Source: Spirochaetales bacterium
GTDB taxonomy: Bacteria; Spirochaetota; Spirochaetia; DSM-27196; SLST01
Direction: 5' to 3'
NCBI GenBank assembly: GCA_028284845.1
Contig: JANQQY010000172.1
Coordinates: 1-44,775, forward strand
DNA: 44,775 bases
Every line of letters begins with the position of its first letter. Position 1 is the stretch's first letter. The notes under the pieces were generated by a model. It did no database searches and was not told where the DNA came from. It saw nothing but the letters and a program-made list of their open reading frames with translations. Position numbers and translations under genes: made by a program. Shown piece after piece: positions 26,992 through 36,458 of the stretch.

Positions 26992-27894
26992 ATGAACGTG
27001 AAGACCATCGAGGAGTGCATCGGGAACAGCCCGCTTGTTCGGCTTCGATCGCTCTACACCGGGCCCAATACGGTTCTGGTGAAGCTGGAGGGCGATAACC
27101 CGGCCGGTTCGGTAAAGGATCGGCCCGCGCTCAGCATGATCAGACGAGCCGAGGAGACGGGCAGGATCAAGCGTGGCGATACGCTGATTGAGGCCACCAG
27201 CGGCAACACAGGGATCGCTCTGGCAATGGTAGCGGCCGTTCGAGGCTACAAGATGATTCTGATCATGCCGGAGCACATGAGCGCGGAGCGACGTGCGGTG
27301 ATGAAGGCGTACGGAGCCGAGGTGGTACTCACACCTCGCGACGCGAGCATGGAGGGATCGATCGATCTCGCCCGGCAGATGGAATCCGAAGGAAGGGGCG
27401 TCATCCTTGATCAGTTCGCCAATGAGGACAATCCCCGCGCCCACTACGAGACGACCGGGCCGGAGATCTGGCGGGACACCGACGGGAGCGTAACGCACTT
27501 CGTCGCCTCCACCGGAACGACCGGAACAATCATGGGAACGGGGCGCTACCTTCGCGAACAAAACCCAGAGGTTCGCATTGTTGGTGTGGTGCCGGATCGA
27601 CTGGGCGGCATCCCCGGCATCCGCGCCTGGCCGGAGGCGTATCAGCCACGCATCTTCCATCCGGAGGAGCTCTCGGAGCGGAGAGAGATCGACAGACACA
27701 GATCGGTGCAAACCATGCGCGAACTCGCCTCGCGCGAGGGGATCTTCGCCGGCATCTCCTCCGGAGGCAATGTCGCGGTTGCCCTTGATCTGGCTCACGA
27801 GCTTGACGAGGCAGGCGAGAAGAGCGCGGTAATCGTGGCCATCATCTGTGATCGAGGTGATCGATACATCTCGACCGGTGTCTACCCTTCGTAG
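26992..27894 (+). CDS. cysM: Cysteine synthase B-type (CysM-like) PLP enzyme
   Basis: 300 aa: IGNSPLVRL..VKLEGDNPAGSVKDRPALSMI.., TSGNTGIALAM, ..GTTGTIMGTGRYL.. Confidence 0.88.
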   Translation: MNVKTIEECIGNSPLVRLRSLYTGPNTVLVKLEGDNPAGSVKDRPALSMIRRAEETGRIKRGDTLIEATSGNTGIALAMVAAVRGYKMILIMPEHMSAERRAVMKAYGAEVVLTPRDASMEGSIDLARQMESEGRGVILDQFANEDNPRAHYETTGPEIWRDTDGSVTHFVASTGTTGTIMGTGRYLREQNPEVRIVGVVPDRLGGIPGIRAWPEAYQPRIFHPEELSERREIDRHRSVQTMRELASREGIFAGISSGGNVAVALDLAHELDEAGEKSAVIVAIICDRGDRYISTGVYPS

Positions 27895-27922
27895 TGCTTG
27901 ACGCTGATGGATCGTTTGGCTA

Positions 27923-27947
27923 TTTCTTGACTAATTCAATCAAGAAA
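27923..27947. promoter_or_regulatory. Perfect 8-bp inverted repeat (candidate operator or weak hairpin) upstream of the sulfonate-type ABC operon
   Basis: TTTCTTGA (27923-27930), 9-nt spacer, TCAAGAAA (27940-27947). It is flanked by two TTGACT hexamers (27927-27932 and 27949-27954) and sits in an AT-rich intergenic region. Confidence 0.4.
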
Positions 27948-27966
27948 GTTGACTTCGGAGGTTGAG

Positions 27967-29016
27967 ATGAGAGAAACAGGACGAATCGCCGTGGCGATTC
28001 TTGCCTTGCTTGTGGCCGCAGGGAGTGCCGTTGCAGGCGGTGCGGCCGATACGGATGAGGGCGCGACAGCACTCTCGGAGCCGGTGACGCTTGAGGTTGG
28101 CTACATGCCGATCCTGCCGGTTGCCCAAGTCTTTGTGATGGAGGGTGAGGGCTGGACCGATGAGGCCAACCTCGACTTCCAGCTGACACGATTCCCGAAC
28201 GGACCCGCGATGGTTCAGGCGCTCGCCAGCGGCGAACTCGACGTCATGTTCTTTGGCATTGGACCGGCCCTTGTTGCGAAGGGGCGCGGTCAGGAGATCA
28301 CGGTCGTCGCTTCGAACATCGTGGAGCAGATCGGGCTGATCGCCCGTGACAATCTCGCCGGTTACTGGGATGGTGCCGATCCTGCAGCGGTCTTTGCCGA
28401 CTTTGAGGCGGGCGAGGGGAGGAAGGCGAAGATTGCGACCTTCCCGCAGGGTTCCGTGCCCGATATCGTTCTTCGGTTCTGGCTGCAGGAGCAGCTGGGC
28501 GTGAGCTTCGACGCGCTTGAGATCATCCCGATGGGCGCCGACCAAGTGCAGCAGGCACTGCTCGCTGGAAGCGTCGATGGAGCATCGATCCTTGAGCCGA
28601 CGCTGACGATCGTCCAGGAGCGCGACCCGAGCGCCCAGGTGATCACCCGAGCATCGGAAATGTTCCCAGGACAGCCGGGTGCCGTTCTCGCGGTCCGAAA
28701 CGAGATCATCGATCAATACCCCGATGCCGTTCAGGCGCTCGTTGATCTCCATGTTCGTGCAACAGAGCTTCTGATCTCGGACATCCCGCGCGCCGCCGCA
28801 CACGCCGTCGAGTTCATTGGTGCCGGCCTCGTTGATCCGGCGACCATCGAAGCGGCGCTCGCCTCGCCGTCCACGAACTACCTGGCGGACCCTCGTGCGA
28901 TCCGCGAACCAACGCAGCGGATGCACGACTTCCAGCTCGAAACCGGGTCGCTTGCCGCCCCCGTGGACCTTGATGAACTCTTTGACACCTCATTCTACGA
29001 GAACGCGACCCGGTAA
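27967..29016 (+). CDS. ABC transporter substrate-binding protein, NMT1/SsuA/TauA-like (sulfonate/nitrate/taurine family)
   Basis: ATG at 27967 after GGAGG (27957-27961). Signal peptide (IAVAILALLVAAGSAVAGG). ..LEVGYMPILPVAQVFV.. and ..NGPAMVQALASGELDVMFFGIGPALVA.. are typical of this family. Confidence 0.75.
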   Translation: MRETGRIAVAILALLVAAGSAVAGGAADTDEGATALSEPVTLEVGYMPILPVAQVFVMEGEGWTDEANLDFQLTRFPNGPAMVQALASGELDVMFFGIGPALVAKGRGQEITVVASNIVEQIGLIARDNLAGYWDGADPAAVFADFEAGEGRKAKIATFPQGSVPDIVLRFWLQEQLGVSFDALEIIPMGADQVQQALLAGSVDGASILEPTLTIVQERDPSAQVITRASEMFPGQPGAVLAVRNEIIDQYPDAVQALVDLHVRATELLISDIPRAAAHAVEFIGAGLVDPATIEAALASPSTNYLADPRAIREPTQRMHDFQLETGSLAAPVDLDELFDTSFYENATR

Positions 29017-29782
29017 GCTCCGGGCGTCCGGAAAGCTACGGACGTGGCTCCTTGGGCTGGGAGGGCTTCTCGCCTTCCTGGCCGCCTGGGAGCTTCTCGC
29101 GCGCTCCGGGGTCGTTTCGGGCGCATTGATTCCGCGTCCTTCGGATATCCCGGGAACCCTTCTTGCAGAGATACAGCGTGGCATCTGGCAGCGCATGGTT
29201 GCCTCGAGCCTGCGCCACTACGGACTCGGTCTCGCCATTGGCACCGTGCTTGGCATGGCGCTTGGGCTCTTTGTCGCCCTCGTTCCCATTCTCGAGGACC
29301 TGCAGGCGTGGATCGTCCGTGTGCTCCGCCCAATACCACCGCTCGCCTGGATCCCATTCGCAATCATCTGGTTCGGAATCACCGAACGATCGGCGGCCTT
29401 TATCATTTCGATCGGCGTCTTCTGGATTAACTACTTCGCAACCAGTGGAGCCGTTCGATCCGTAGACAAAAGCCTCATCGAAGTCTCCCGTGTCTTTGGG
29501 CACGAGCGATTCTTCGCGAGACTAAGAAAGGTGATCCTTCCGGCAGCCGCACCAGGCATGCTCGTTGGGCTTCGAACCAGCCTTGGTCAGGGATGGATGA
29601 CGGTGGTTGCGGCAGAACTCTTTGGCATCTCCGGAATTGGTCAGCGGATGATGGAGGCGAGCGGTCTCCTCGCCATTGATGTTGTCGCGGTCTACATGGT
29701 GACGATCGCGCTTCTCTATGGCCTTACGGACCTGGTATTTGTATCCATAGAGCGGGTGACGCTCAAATGGACAACATTGTAA
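28973..29782 (+). CDS. ABC transporter permease (SsuC/TauC-like)
   Basis: There is no start codon between the binding-protein stop and the first TM helix. The nearest in-frame ATG is 28973, a 44-nt overlap. Six hydrophobic helices and the EAA loop ..LIEVSRVFGHERFFARLRKVILPAA... The start is uncertain. Confidence 0.7.
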   Translation: MNSLTPHSTRTRPGKLRASGKLRTWLLGLGGLLAFLAAWELLARSGVVSGALIPRPSDIPGTLLAEIQRGIWQRMVASSLRHYGLGLAIGTVLGMALGLFVALVPILEDLQAWIVRVLRPIPPLAWIPFAIIWFGITERSAAFIISIGVFWINYFATSGAVRSVDKSLIEVSRVFGHERFFARLRKVILPAAAPGMLVGLRTSLGQGWMTVVAAELFGISGIGQRMMEASGLLAIDVVAVYMVTIALLYGLTDLVFVSIERVTLKWTTL

Positions 29783-30525
29783 GCCTGAACGAGATCAGCG
29801 TCGGATTTGAACCATCATCTCCGCCCGTTATGGAGGGCGTCTCGCTTCATGTTGACCGTGGCGAGTTTGTCGTCGTGTGCGGTGTCTCGGGGGTAGGCAA
29901 GTCGTCGCTCCTCCGGGTCGTTTGCGGACTGCTTGAGCCTCGTGCCGGGTCGGTCGAAGTGTCGGCCGCTGCCGGAGCATCGGGCTCGCGGCCGTTCGGC
30001 TTTGTTTTCCAAGAGCCGCGCCTCTTTCCGTGGCGTCGCGTTCAGGCCAATGTCGAGCTGGGACTCGAAGAACTCGATCTGGACAAGAGCGAGCGGCATG
30101 AGCGGGCGCTCCAGGCGCTCCAGCTTGTTGGCCTTGGAGAGCTCGGCAGACGCTTTCCCGGCCAGCTCTCCGGTGGGCAACGCCAACGCGTCGGCATTGC
30201 GAGAGCTCTCGCCGTCCGCCCGTCACTTCTCCTCATGGACGAACCGTTCAGCTCGCTTGATGCTGTGACTCGCCGAACCCTTCAACACGAGCTTCTGAGC
30301 ATCTGGGCATCAACAGATGCCTCCGTCCTCTTTGTGACACACGATATCGAAGAGGCTGCCTTCCTCGCCGACCGGATCGTTCTGCTCGCGGGGACTCCTG
30401 CACACGTGGTCAAGGAGTACAGAATCACCGATCAACGTCCTCGATCGACCGAGGATGCCGGCTTCCAATCGACCGTCCGGACGGTCAGAGCCGATCTCCA
30501 TAGTTTCCAGTCCAACTCTCTTTAG
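29767..30525 (+). CDS. ABC transporter ATP-binding protein (SsuB/TauB-like)
   Basis: Walker A GVSGVGKSS, signature LSGGQRQRV and Walker B LLLMDEPF. 16-nt overlap with the permease. Confidence 0.88.
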   Translation: MDNIVSLNEISVGFEPSSPPVMEGVSLHVDRGEFVVVCGVSGVGKSSLLRVVCGLLEPRAGSVEVSAAAGASGSRPFGFVFQEPRLFPWRRVQANVELGLEELDLDKSERHERALQALQLVGLGELGRRFPGQLSGGQRQRVGIARALAVRPSLLLMDEPFSSLDAVTRRTLQHELLSIWASTDASVLFVTHDIEEAAFLADRIVLLAGTPAHVVKEYRITDQRPRSTEDAGFQSTVRTVRADLHSFQSNSL

Positions 30526-30587
30526 CAGAAGGGAATGACACCCCATGCAATCCACATTATTCTAAGGCAAACGCACAGGAGGCCATC

Positions 30588-31361
30588 ATGAGTGGGATCA
30601 GACTCGTGACCCGAGCAGACGATGCAGGAATGCACCAGATCGCCAACCGGGCAATACGCGACACCGTCCAGCAGGGCATTGTTCGGAACATCAGCCTGAT
30701 GGCACCGGCACCCGCCATCCGAAACGCATTTCAGGTGCTGGGCGAGTTGGGAACGCGAGTCGACTTTGGCTTCCACGTAACGCTGACCGCCGAGTGGCAG
30801 AACCTTCGTTGGGGACCACTGACGAAGGGCGACGCTTCCAAGAGCTTCACGCGAAAGGATGGCTCGCTCCCCTATACCGTTGATGCTCTGGCGAAGATGA
30901 ATCCTGATCTGGATGCCCTCATGCACGAGGTCGAAGCTCAGTACGAGCTCCTTATTAATCTGGGCTTCAGACTCAGCTACCTGGACGAGCACATGCTGGT
31001 TGGCCGAGTTCCCGGGCTGTCTGAGCGACTGATCGAGTTCGCTGAAGAGAAAGGCCTCGTATCTGATCGCATGCTGCGAGAGAAGGGGCGAGTTGGAAGT
31101 GTCCCCGGCTGGGACGGACCGGCGGAGCACCCCGGGACCGAGCTTGCCGACGTCCTTGCCAATGTCGAGGGTGGTACCTACCTCCTGATTGGCCACCCTG
31201 CGACCAAGGATGAAGAGATGCAGCGGTTTATCCACGAAGGACTCGCGAAGGGCGACGTTGCCATCCAGCGCAATCGCCAGAGACGCATGTTCATGGATAT
31301 TGAGATCGTCGACTACTGCGAGAACGTGGGCATCGAACTCGTTCGCTATGTAAACGTGTAG
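30588..31361 (+). CDS. YdjC/ChbG-family carbohydrate deacetylase
   Basis: RLVTRADDAGM.. (Asp-Asp metal site) and ..VDFGFHVTLTAEW.. (His). 257 aa with AGGAGG SD. Confidence 0.7.
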   Translation: MSGIRLVTRADDAGMHQIANRAIRDTVQQGIVRNISLMAPAPAIRNAFQVLGELGTRVDFGFHVTLTAEWQNLRWGPLTKGDASKSFTRKDGSLPYTVDALAKMNPDLDALMHEVEAQYELLINLGFRLSYLDEHMLVGRVPGLSERLIEFAEEKGLVSDRMLREKGRVGSVPGWDGPAEHPGTELADVLANVEGGTYLLIGHPATKDEEMQRFIHEGLAKGDVAIQRNRQRRMFMDIEIVDYCENVGIELVRYVNV

Positions 31362-31451
31362 TCACCATTCGCCACGCGTCTTCACCAATCGACATCTCGA
31401 TTGGCGACGTTGCACCTTGACAACGCAGAGCCGGCGCCACACGATCGGAGC

Positions 31452-33578
31452 ATGGCCGAAACCAAACCCTATCTCGATCCCGATCAGCCGATTGAGGCGC
31501 GCATCAACGACCTTGTCTCCCGAATGACGCGTGCGGAGAAGTGTTCGCAGCTTCTCTCGGACAGCCCTGCGATCGATCGCCTTGGGGTTCCCGCCTATCA
31601 CTGGTGGAACGAGTGTCTGCACGGGGTCGCCCGAGCGGGGCGCGCGACCGTCTTCCCGCAGGCGATTGGCCTTGCCGCTGCCTTTGACCCTGACCTGATG
31701 GAGCGAGTGGGTGAGGTGATCGCCGAGGAGGCTCGTGCGAAGTACAACGCCGCCGTCAAGGCCGGCTTGCGCGGACAGTACCGAGGCCTGACCTTCTGGA
31801 CGCCCAACGTGAACATCTTTCGTGACCCTCGCTGGGGGCGCGGGCAGGAGACCTACGGCGAGGATCCCTTCCTCTCCGGCGAACTGGGTGCCGCCTTCGT
31901 GCGAGGGCTCCAGCAAGAGGTCGACGGCTATCTGAAGGCGGCGGGATGCGCGAAGCACTTCGCTGTGCACAGCGGTCCGGAGGCCGAGCGGCATGTCTTT
32001 GATGCGGTGGTAAGTGAGAAGGATCTGCGTGAGACCTATCTGCCCGCCTTCAAGCGCCTCGCGGAAGAGGGTGTGGAGGCGTTTATGGGCGCCTACAACC
32101 GCACCAATGGCGAACCGTGTTGTGGGAGCGCCCTCCTCTTGGAAGAGATTCTTCGCGGGGAGTGGGGTTTCGAGGGGCACGTGGTCTCCGACTGTGGCGC
32201 CATTGGAGACTTCCACGACCATCACAAGGTCACCGGCTCACCCGAAGAGTCGGCCGCGCTCGCGGTGAAACGCGGCTGCGATCTCAACTGCGGCACGGTC
32301 TACGAGTCGCTCGAGTTAGCGATCGAGAAAGGCCTTCTTGAGGAGTCGGATGTCGACGCCTCCCTCAGAAGATTGCTTCGCACTCGTTTCAGGCTCGGTC
32401 AGTTCGATCCCCCGGAGCGGGATCCATTCGCCGGGATCGGCGTCGATCGGGTCCGAGCACCCGAGCACGTCGCGCTTGCGCGGGAAGCAGCCGAGAAGTC
32501 GATTGTCCTTCTGAAGAACAATGGAGTCCTTCCGTTCACGCGTGGGCCGGAGCCGGAGCGCATTTTTGTCACGGGACACAACGCCACCTCAACAGATGTT
32601 CTCCTTGGCAACTACTTTGGCGTGAGCGACCGCCTGGTCACTGTTCTTGAAGGGCTCGTTGGCGCGGCGCCCGAGCACTACAAGATTGAGTATCGAATGG
32701 GCAATCTCGTGGACCGAGAGAACGTGAATCCCATCGATTGGGGCATCCCCGGCAAGTTCGATGATTTTGGGGCGATCATTGCCGTCATGGGGCTGGTACC
32801 GATGCTCGAGGGTGAAGAGGGCGAGGCGATCCTCTCCGGGGAGCGAGGAGACAGGACCCAGATCGGTCTTCCAGCGCATCAGATCGAGCGACTGCGGAAG
32901 CTCAAAGGCACCGGGTATCCATTGGTGGTCATTCTCGCGGGCGGAAGCGCCGTCTCCATCCCTGAGATTCACGAGATCGCCGATGCCGTGCTCTACATGT
33001 GGTATCCCGGCGAGCAGGGCGGGGAAGCGCTTGCTCGAATCATCTTTGGTGATGTCTCACCCTCAGGAAAGCTTCCGGTCACATTCCCTCGCTCCGTTGA
33101 TCAGCTTCCGCCATTCGACGACTACGCGATGGCCGGCCGGACCTATCGGTACATGAGCGAGGAGCCGCTCTACCCGTTCGGCTACGGTCTCACCTACACT
33201 TCGCTCACTTATAGCGACCTCAACGCCCCCACCAGCGTCGCTTCCGGCGAGTCGCTCCCGGTCACGATCAAACTCCAGAACCACGGCAACAGAGAGACGG
33301 AGGAGGTCGTTCAGATCTACATCACCGATCGCGAGGGAAGTGCGCGGACCCCGAACGCCTCGCTCTGTGCCGTTCGTCGCGTCTCCGTCGCTGCGGGATC
33401 GAGCGTTGAGGTCGACCTCGAGGTTCCCGCGGCCGCGATGCGTCTCGTTCTCGATGACGGATCGTCTGTGGTCGAGCCCGGGGCCTTCGCATTGACGATT
33501 GGCAGCTGCTCGCCCGGCCCACGCGGAGTTGAACTCGGTGCGCCTGAGCCGCTCTTCCACGAGTTTGCGGTCACGTAG
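31452..33578 (+). CDS. Glycoside hydrolase family 3 beta-glucosidase/beta-xylosidase-like enzyme
   Basis: ATG at 31452 after GGAG. ..VNIFRDPRWGRGQETYGEDP.., KHFAVHSGPE, nucleophile region GHVVSDCGAI and a C-terminal fibronectin-III-like beta domain. Confidence 0.88.
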   Translation: MAETKPYLDPDQPIEARINDLVSRMTRAEKCSQLLSDSPAIDRLGVPAYHWWNECLHGVARAGRATVFPQAIGLAAAFDPDLMERVGEVIAEEARAKYNAAVKAGLRGQYRGLTFWTPNVNIFRDPRWGRGQETYGEDPFLSGELGAAFVRGLQQEVDGYLKAAGCAKHFAVHSGPEAERHVFDAVVSEKDLRETYLPAFKRLAEEGVEAFMGAYNRTNGEPCCGSALLLEEILRGEWGFEGHVVSDCGAIGDFHDHHKVTGSPEESAALAVKRGCDLNCGTVYESLELAIEKGLLEESDVDASLRRLLRTRFRLGQFDPPERDPFAGIGVDRVRAPEHVALAREAAEKSIVLLKNNGVLPFTRGPEPERIFVTGHNATSTDVLLGNYFGVSDRLVTVLEGLVGAAPEHYKIEYRMGNLVDRENVNPIDWGIPGKFDDFGAIIAVMGLVPMLEGEEGEAILSGERGDRTQIGLPAHQIERLRKLKGTGYPLVVILAGGSAVSIPEIHEIADAVLYMWYPGEQGGEALARIIFGDVSPSGKLPVTFPRSVDQLPPFDDYAMAGRTYRYMSEEPLYPFGYGLTYTSLTYSDLNAPTSVASGESLPVTIKLQNHGNRETEEVVQIYITDREGSARTPNASLCAVRRVSVAAGSSVEVDLEVPAAAMRLVLDDGSSVVEPGAFALTIGSCSPGPRGVELGAPEPLFHEFAVT

Positions 33579-33615
33579 GCCGCGGCGGACCATCTGAAAG
33601 AACTCAGCGACTTTT

Positions 33616-33770
33616 GGGTAGTGTCACGAAGCCTGTTGGTCCACATCGAATAGATCACGGTGCGCGGGAGAGATGCTCGCATCGACACTGCAACTCGCAG
33701 CACCATACCTCGTAGCTCGTTCTGCCCAAATGACCTGCACTCGGTCGGACCAACAGGCTTCGTGACACTT
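33616..33770 (-). repeat. MITE-like 155-nt element, copy A (perfect 23-bp terminal inverted repeats)
   Basis: AGTGTCACGAAGCCTGTTGGTCC (33620-33642) is the exact reverse complement of 33747-33769. The whole 155 nt aligns gap-free with the reverse complement of 43457-43611. The terminal 27 and 24 nt are identical and the 104-nt interior is about 79% identical (82/104 by hand count). The strand label only marks orientation relative to copy B. Confidence 0.8.
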
Positions 33771-33778
33771 TGGAACGC

Positions 33779-33842
33779 TTGACGTCTGAGGTATGCTGCG
33801 CTACACTACAGACCGTCAGTCGGTACAAACCGACGGTCGGTA
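33779..33842 (+). promoter_or_regulatory. Candidate tetR promoter plus palindromic operator
   Basis: TTGACG (33779-33784), 17 nt, TACACT (33802-33807). Immediately downstream is the palindrome GTCGGT-ACAA-ACCGAC (33819-33834), nested in GACCGTC...GACGGTC, with a third CCGTCGGTC copy at 33850-33858. Confidence 0.5.
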
Positions 33843-33881
33843 GGTGCCTTCCGTCGGTCTATCCGCTGACGAGGGAGTCAG

Positions 33882-34583
33882 ATGTACGTCGTGAAGGATT
33901 ATGACGAGCGAAAGACCGAGTTCCTCGATACTGCGATGCAGCTGTTCATGACGAACGGATATGAGCAGACCAGTGTCAACTCGATCATTGATGCAGTCGG
34001 CGTAAGCAAGGGAGCCTTCTACCACTACTTCAACACGAAAGAAGAGCTTCTGGACGAGCTCGCCGTTCGTGCATCCGCGCAGTCGGAGGCGGTCGTGGAT
34101 GAGGTCATCGCTCGAGAGGGTCTGAATGCTGTGGAGAAGCTCAACGCCGTCTTTGGTGCGACCAATGCGTTCAAGGCGCAGAATCGCGAACTCTTCACCG
34201 CCCTCGCGGAGGTCTTCTACAGCGACAGCAACATCCTGCTTCGCGAACGGATGTCACAGCGAAGCGTGGAGGCGATGACTCCGCGAATTGGTGCGATTAT
34301 CGAGCAGGGCAACCGCGAGGGGATCATGAGCGTGCGTCACCCGATTGAGACCTCTCGGTTCGTGCTCCGTGTTGGGACCGATATGGTGGCCGAGTTCGCC
34401 CGAGAACTGCCCGCGGCGGCTTCGGACGATCCGGATGCGTCACGTGCGGCCGCCGATCGAATCGTCCAGACACTTGAGGTCTATACCGAGTCGGTCGAAC
34501 GAATTCTCGGACTCGAATCAGGACAACTACGACTGGTAGACGAATCACTTCTCATTCTCATTCAAGGAGAATCTCATGATTAA
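33882..34583 (+). CDS. TetR/AcrR-family transcriptional regulator
   Basis: N-terminal HTH ..GYEQTSVNSIIDAVGVSKGAFYHYFNTKEEL... 233 aa with an 8-nt overlap with the ABC ATPase gene. Confidence 0.9.
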   Translation: MYVVKDYDERKTEFLDTAMQLFMTNGYEQTSVNSIIDAVGVSKGAFYHYFNTKEELLDELAVRASAQSEAVVDEVIAREGLNAVEKLNAVFGATNAFKAQNRELFTALAEVFYSDSNILLRERMSQRSVEAMTPRIGAIIEQGNREGIMSVRHPIETSRFVLRVGTDMVAEFARELPAAASDDPDASRAAADRIVQTLEVYTESVERILGLESGQLRLVDESLLILIQGESHD

Positions 34584-35430
34584 GGTTGAACACCTGACCC
34601 ACGACTACGACGGGCAAGGGCGGCTTGCCGTTGACGATGTCGGCTTCACCGTTGCCGACGGTGAGATCTTTGGATTCCTTGGTCCCTCGGGCGCTGGCAA
34701 GAGCACCGTGCAGAAGATCCTGACCGGACTCCTCACGCTCCAGTCGGGAACCGTGGAGTACGACGGAGTTGCCGTCAATTCGCTCAATTCAAGCTTCTTC
34801 AATCGAATTGGTGTTTCGTTTGAGCATCCCAATCTCTACGAGAAACTCACCGCATTCGAGAACCTTTCGTTCTTCGCCGGCCTCTTCGACGTGGAGGCTG
34901 ACGATCCTATTCGGCTGCTCGAACGAGTGAACCTGAAGGATGACGCCCACAAGAAGGCCGGCGCCTTCTCCAAGGGTATGAAGCAGCGCCTTGTTTTCTG
35001 CCGTGCACTGATGAACAAGCCGAAGATTCTCTTCCTTGACGAGCCGACCTCCGGCCTCGATCCGTCCACGGCTGAGATCATCAAGTCGATGATTCGCGAG
35101 AAGCGCGACGAGGGATGCACCGTCTTTCTGACGACGCACAATATGTTCACCGCCGATCAGCTCTGCGATCGCGTCGCCTTCATCAACGAGGGCAAGATCG
35201 TTGCGATGGACACGCCCAAGGAGCTCAAGCTTCAGTTCGGCGAACGATCTGTAGAGATGGAGTACGAGGACGGTGGCACGGTGAAGAGCGAGATCTTTTC
35301 CGTCGACTCGGACGCAGCGAAGGACACGTTTGCGACCGCGGTACGAGAGCGGCCTGTGAGGACGATCCATACCCGCGAGGCAACGCTCGAGCAGATCTTT
35401 ATCAAGCTGACCGGTCGAGGCCTCGAATGA
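34576..35430 (+). CDS. ABC-2-type exporter ATP-binding protein
   Basis: Walker A GPSGAGKST, signature FSKGMKQRL and Walker B ILFLDEPTSGLD. Confidence 0.9.
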   Translation: MIKVEHLTHDYDGQGRLAVDDVGFTVADGEIFGFLGPSGAGKSTVQKILTGLLTLQSGTVEYDGVAVNSLNSSFFNRIGVSFEHPNLYEKLTAFENLSFFAGLFDVEADDPIRLLERVNLKDDAHKKAGAFSKGMKQRLVFCRALMNKPKILFLDEPTSGLDPSTAEIIKSMIREKRDEGCTVFLTTHNMFTADQLCDRVAFINEGKIVAMDTPKELKLQFGERSVEMEYEDGGTVKSEIFSVDSDAAKDTFATAVRERPVRTIHTREATLEQIFIKLTGRGLE

Positions 35431-36458
35431 AGGCCCTCTGGACGCTCTTCAAACAGGACGCGCTTCTCTCATGGCGGAACGGGCTGATCTTGGTGACCGT
35501 CGTTACACTCGCGATCATCATCGGTCTCTACTGGCTTCTTCCGCTCTTTGTTGCCGATGAGCTGACACTTGGTCCATCCCAACTCTACTTTGACGACACC
35601 TCTGATCGATCTGTCTCGGAGCTGCTCGCTGGGGCCGAGTTCGCGGAGTCGCGCGAGGAGCTTGAGCTGGCGGTTGCCGATGCGGACGGTCTCGTTGGGA
35701 TCGTTGCCAGTGGCGATCGCCGCTCCGTCGAATTCGAGATCGTCTACAAGCACGTCCCGGATTCGGCACAGGTCAACATTCTGGAGGCAGCGCTACGCGA
35801 GATTGCGGCCACCCTTCGAGGGGAGGATCGCGCGGAGCGCATCGACTCTCGAAGTCTTCGGCCCGGCACGCCTGCGCTCACGGCGAACCAGGGATTGATC
35901 ACGGTGATGCTCGCCTTCGAAGTCATGATCCTTGGATTCCTCTTTGTTGCAGTCGTTGTATTTGGCGAAAAGACCGAAGGGAGCATTCGCGCCTATCGTG
36001 TGACACCTTCAGGGCTCGCGAACTACGTGATCTCAAAGGTTGCCGTCTTCACCATCCTGAGCACCCTCTACGGCCTCGTAATGGTCGTCGCGACGATCGG
36101 TCCGCGCGCACTTGGGCAGCTGCTTCCGGTCCTGCTCATCTCCACCGCACTCATGAGTGCCCTGGGGCTGGGGGTGGCTGTCTTCTTCAAGAACATATCG
36201 GAGTGGTTTGTCACCGGCGTTGTCGCGCTCTCAATCAACATGCTCGCGATCCTGCCCTACCAGATTCCAACCTTCAGCGCCCGATGGCTCACCTTTCTTC
36301 CGGGCTACGCAGTCATCTTCGGCGCTACCGAGATCCTCTTCCCAACCGGCGAGGTGGGGTTCGCCCAACCGATGTATCTCACGCTTGGCGTCTGGCTCGT
36401 GGCGGCGCTTGTGTTCGCCGCGGTCGCCGTGCGCCGCAGCATCATGAGGGAGGCGTAG
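35427..36458 (+). CDS. ABC-2-family exporter permease, subunit 1
   Basis: ATGA overlap with the ATPase stop. It starts MKALWTLFKQDALLSWRNGLILV. One N-terminal TM, a ~150-aa extracytoplasmic loop, then 5 TM helices. The track ORF upstream extension (35115-35426) is out of frame with and inside the ATPase gene. Confidence 0.8.
   Translation: MKALWTLFKQDALLSWRNGLILVTVVTLAIIIGLYWLLPLFVADELTLGPSQLYFDDTSDRSVSELLAGAEFAESREELELAVADADGLVGIVASGDRRSVEFEIVYKHVPDSAQVNILEAALREIAATLRGEDRAERIDSRSLRPGTPALTANQGLITVMLAFEVMILGFLFVAVVVFGEKTEGSIRAYRVTPSGLANYVISKVAVFTILSTLYGLVMVVATIGPRALGQLLPVLLISTALMSALGLGVAVFFKNISEWFVTGVVALSINMLAILPYQIPTFSARWLTFLPGYAVIFGATEILFPTGEVGFAQPMYLTLGVWLVAALVFAAVAVRRSIMREA

Noticed and set aside
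26926-27798. 290-aa minus-strand ORF
   Set aside because: Antisense to cysM, which has the diagnostic PLP-lysine and TSGNTG motifs.
27940-28926. 328-aa minus-strand ORF
   Set aside because: Antisense to the Ssu/Tau-like binding-protein gene, a shadow ORF.
31362-32225. 287-aa minus-strand ORF
   Set aside because: Antisense to the GH3 gene, a shadow ORF.
35115-35426. Upstream extension of the first ABC-2 permease ORF
   Set aside because: It lies inside the ATPase gene in another frame. The ATGA-coupled start at 35427 gives a normal permease N-terminus.
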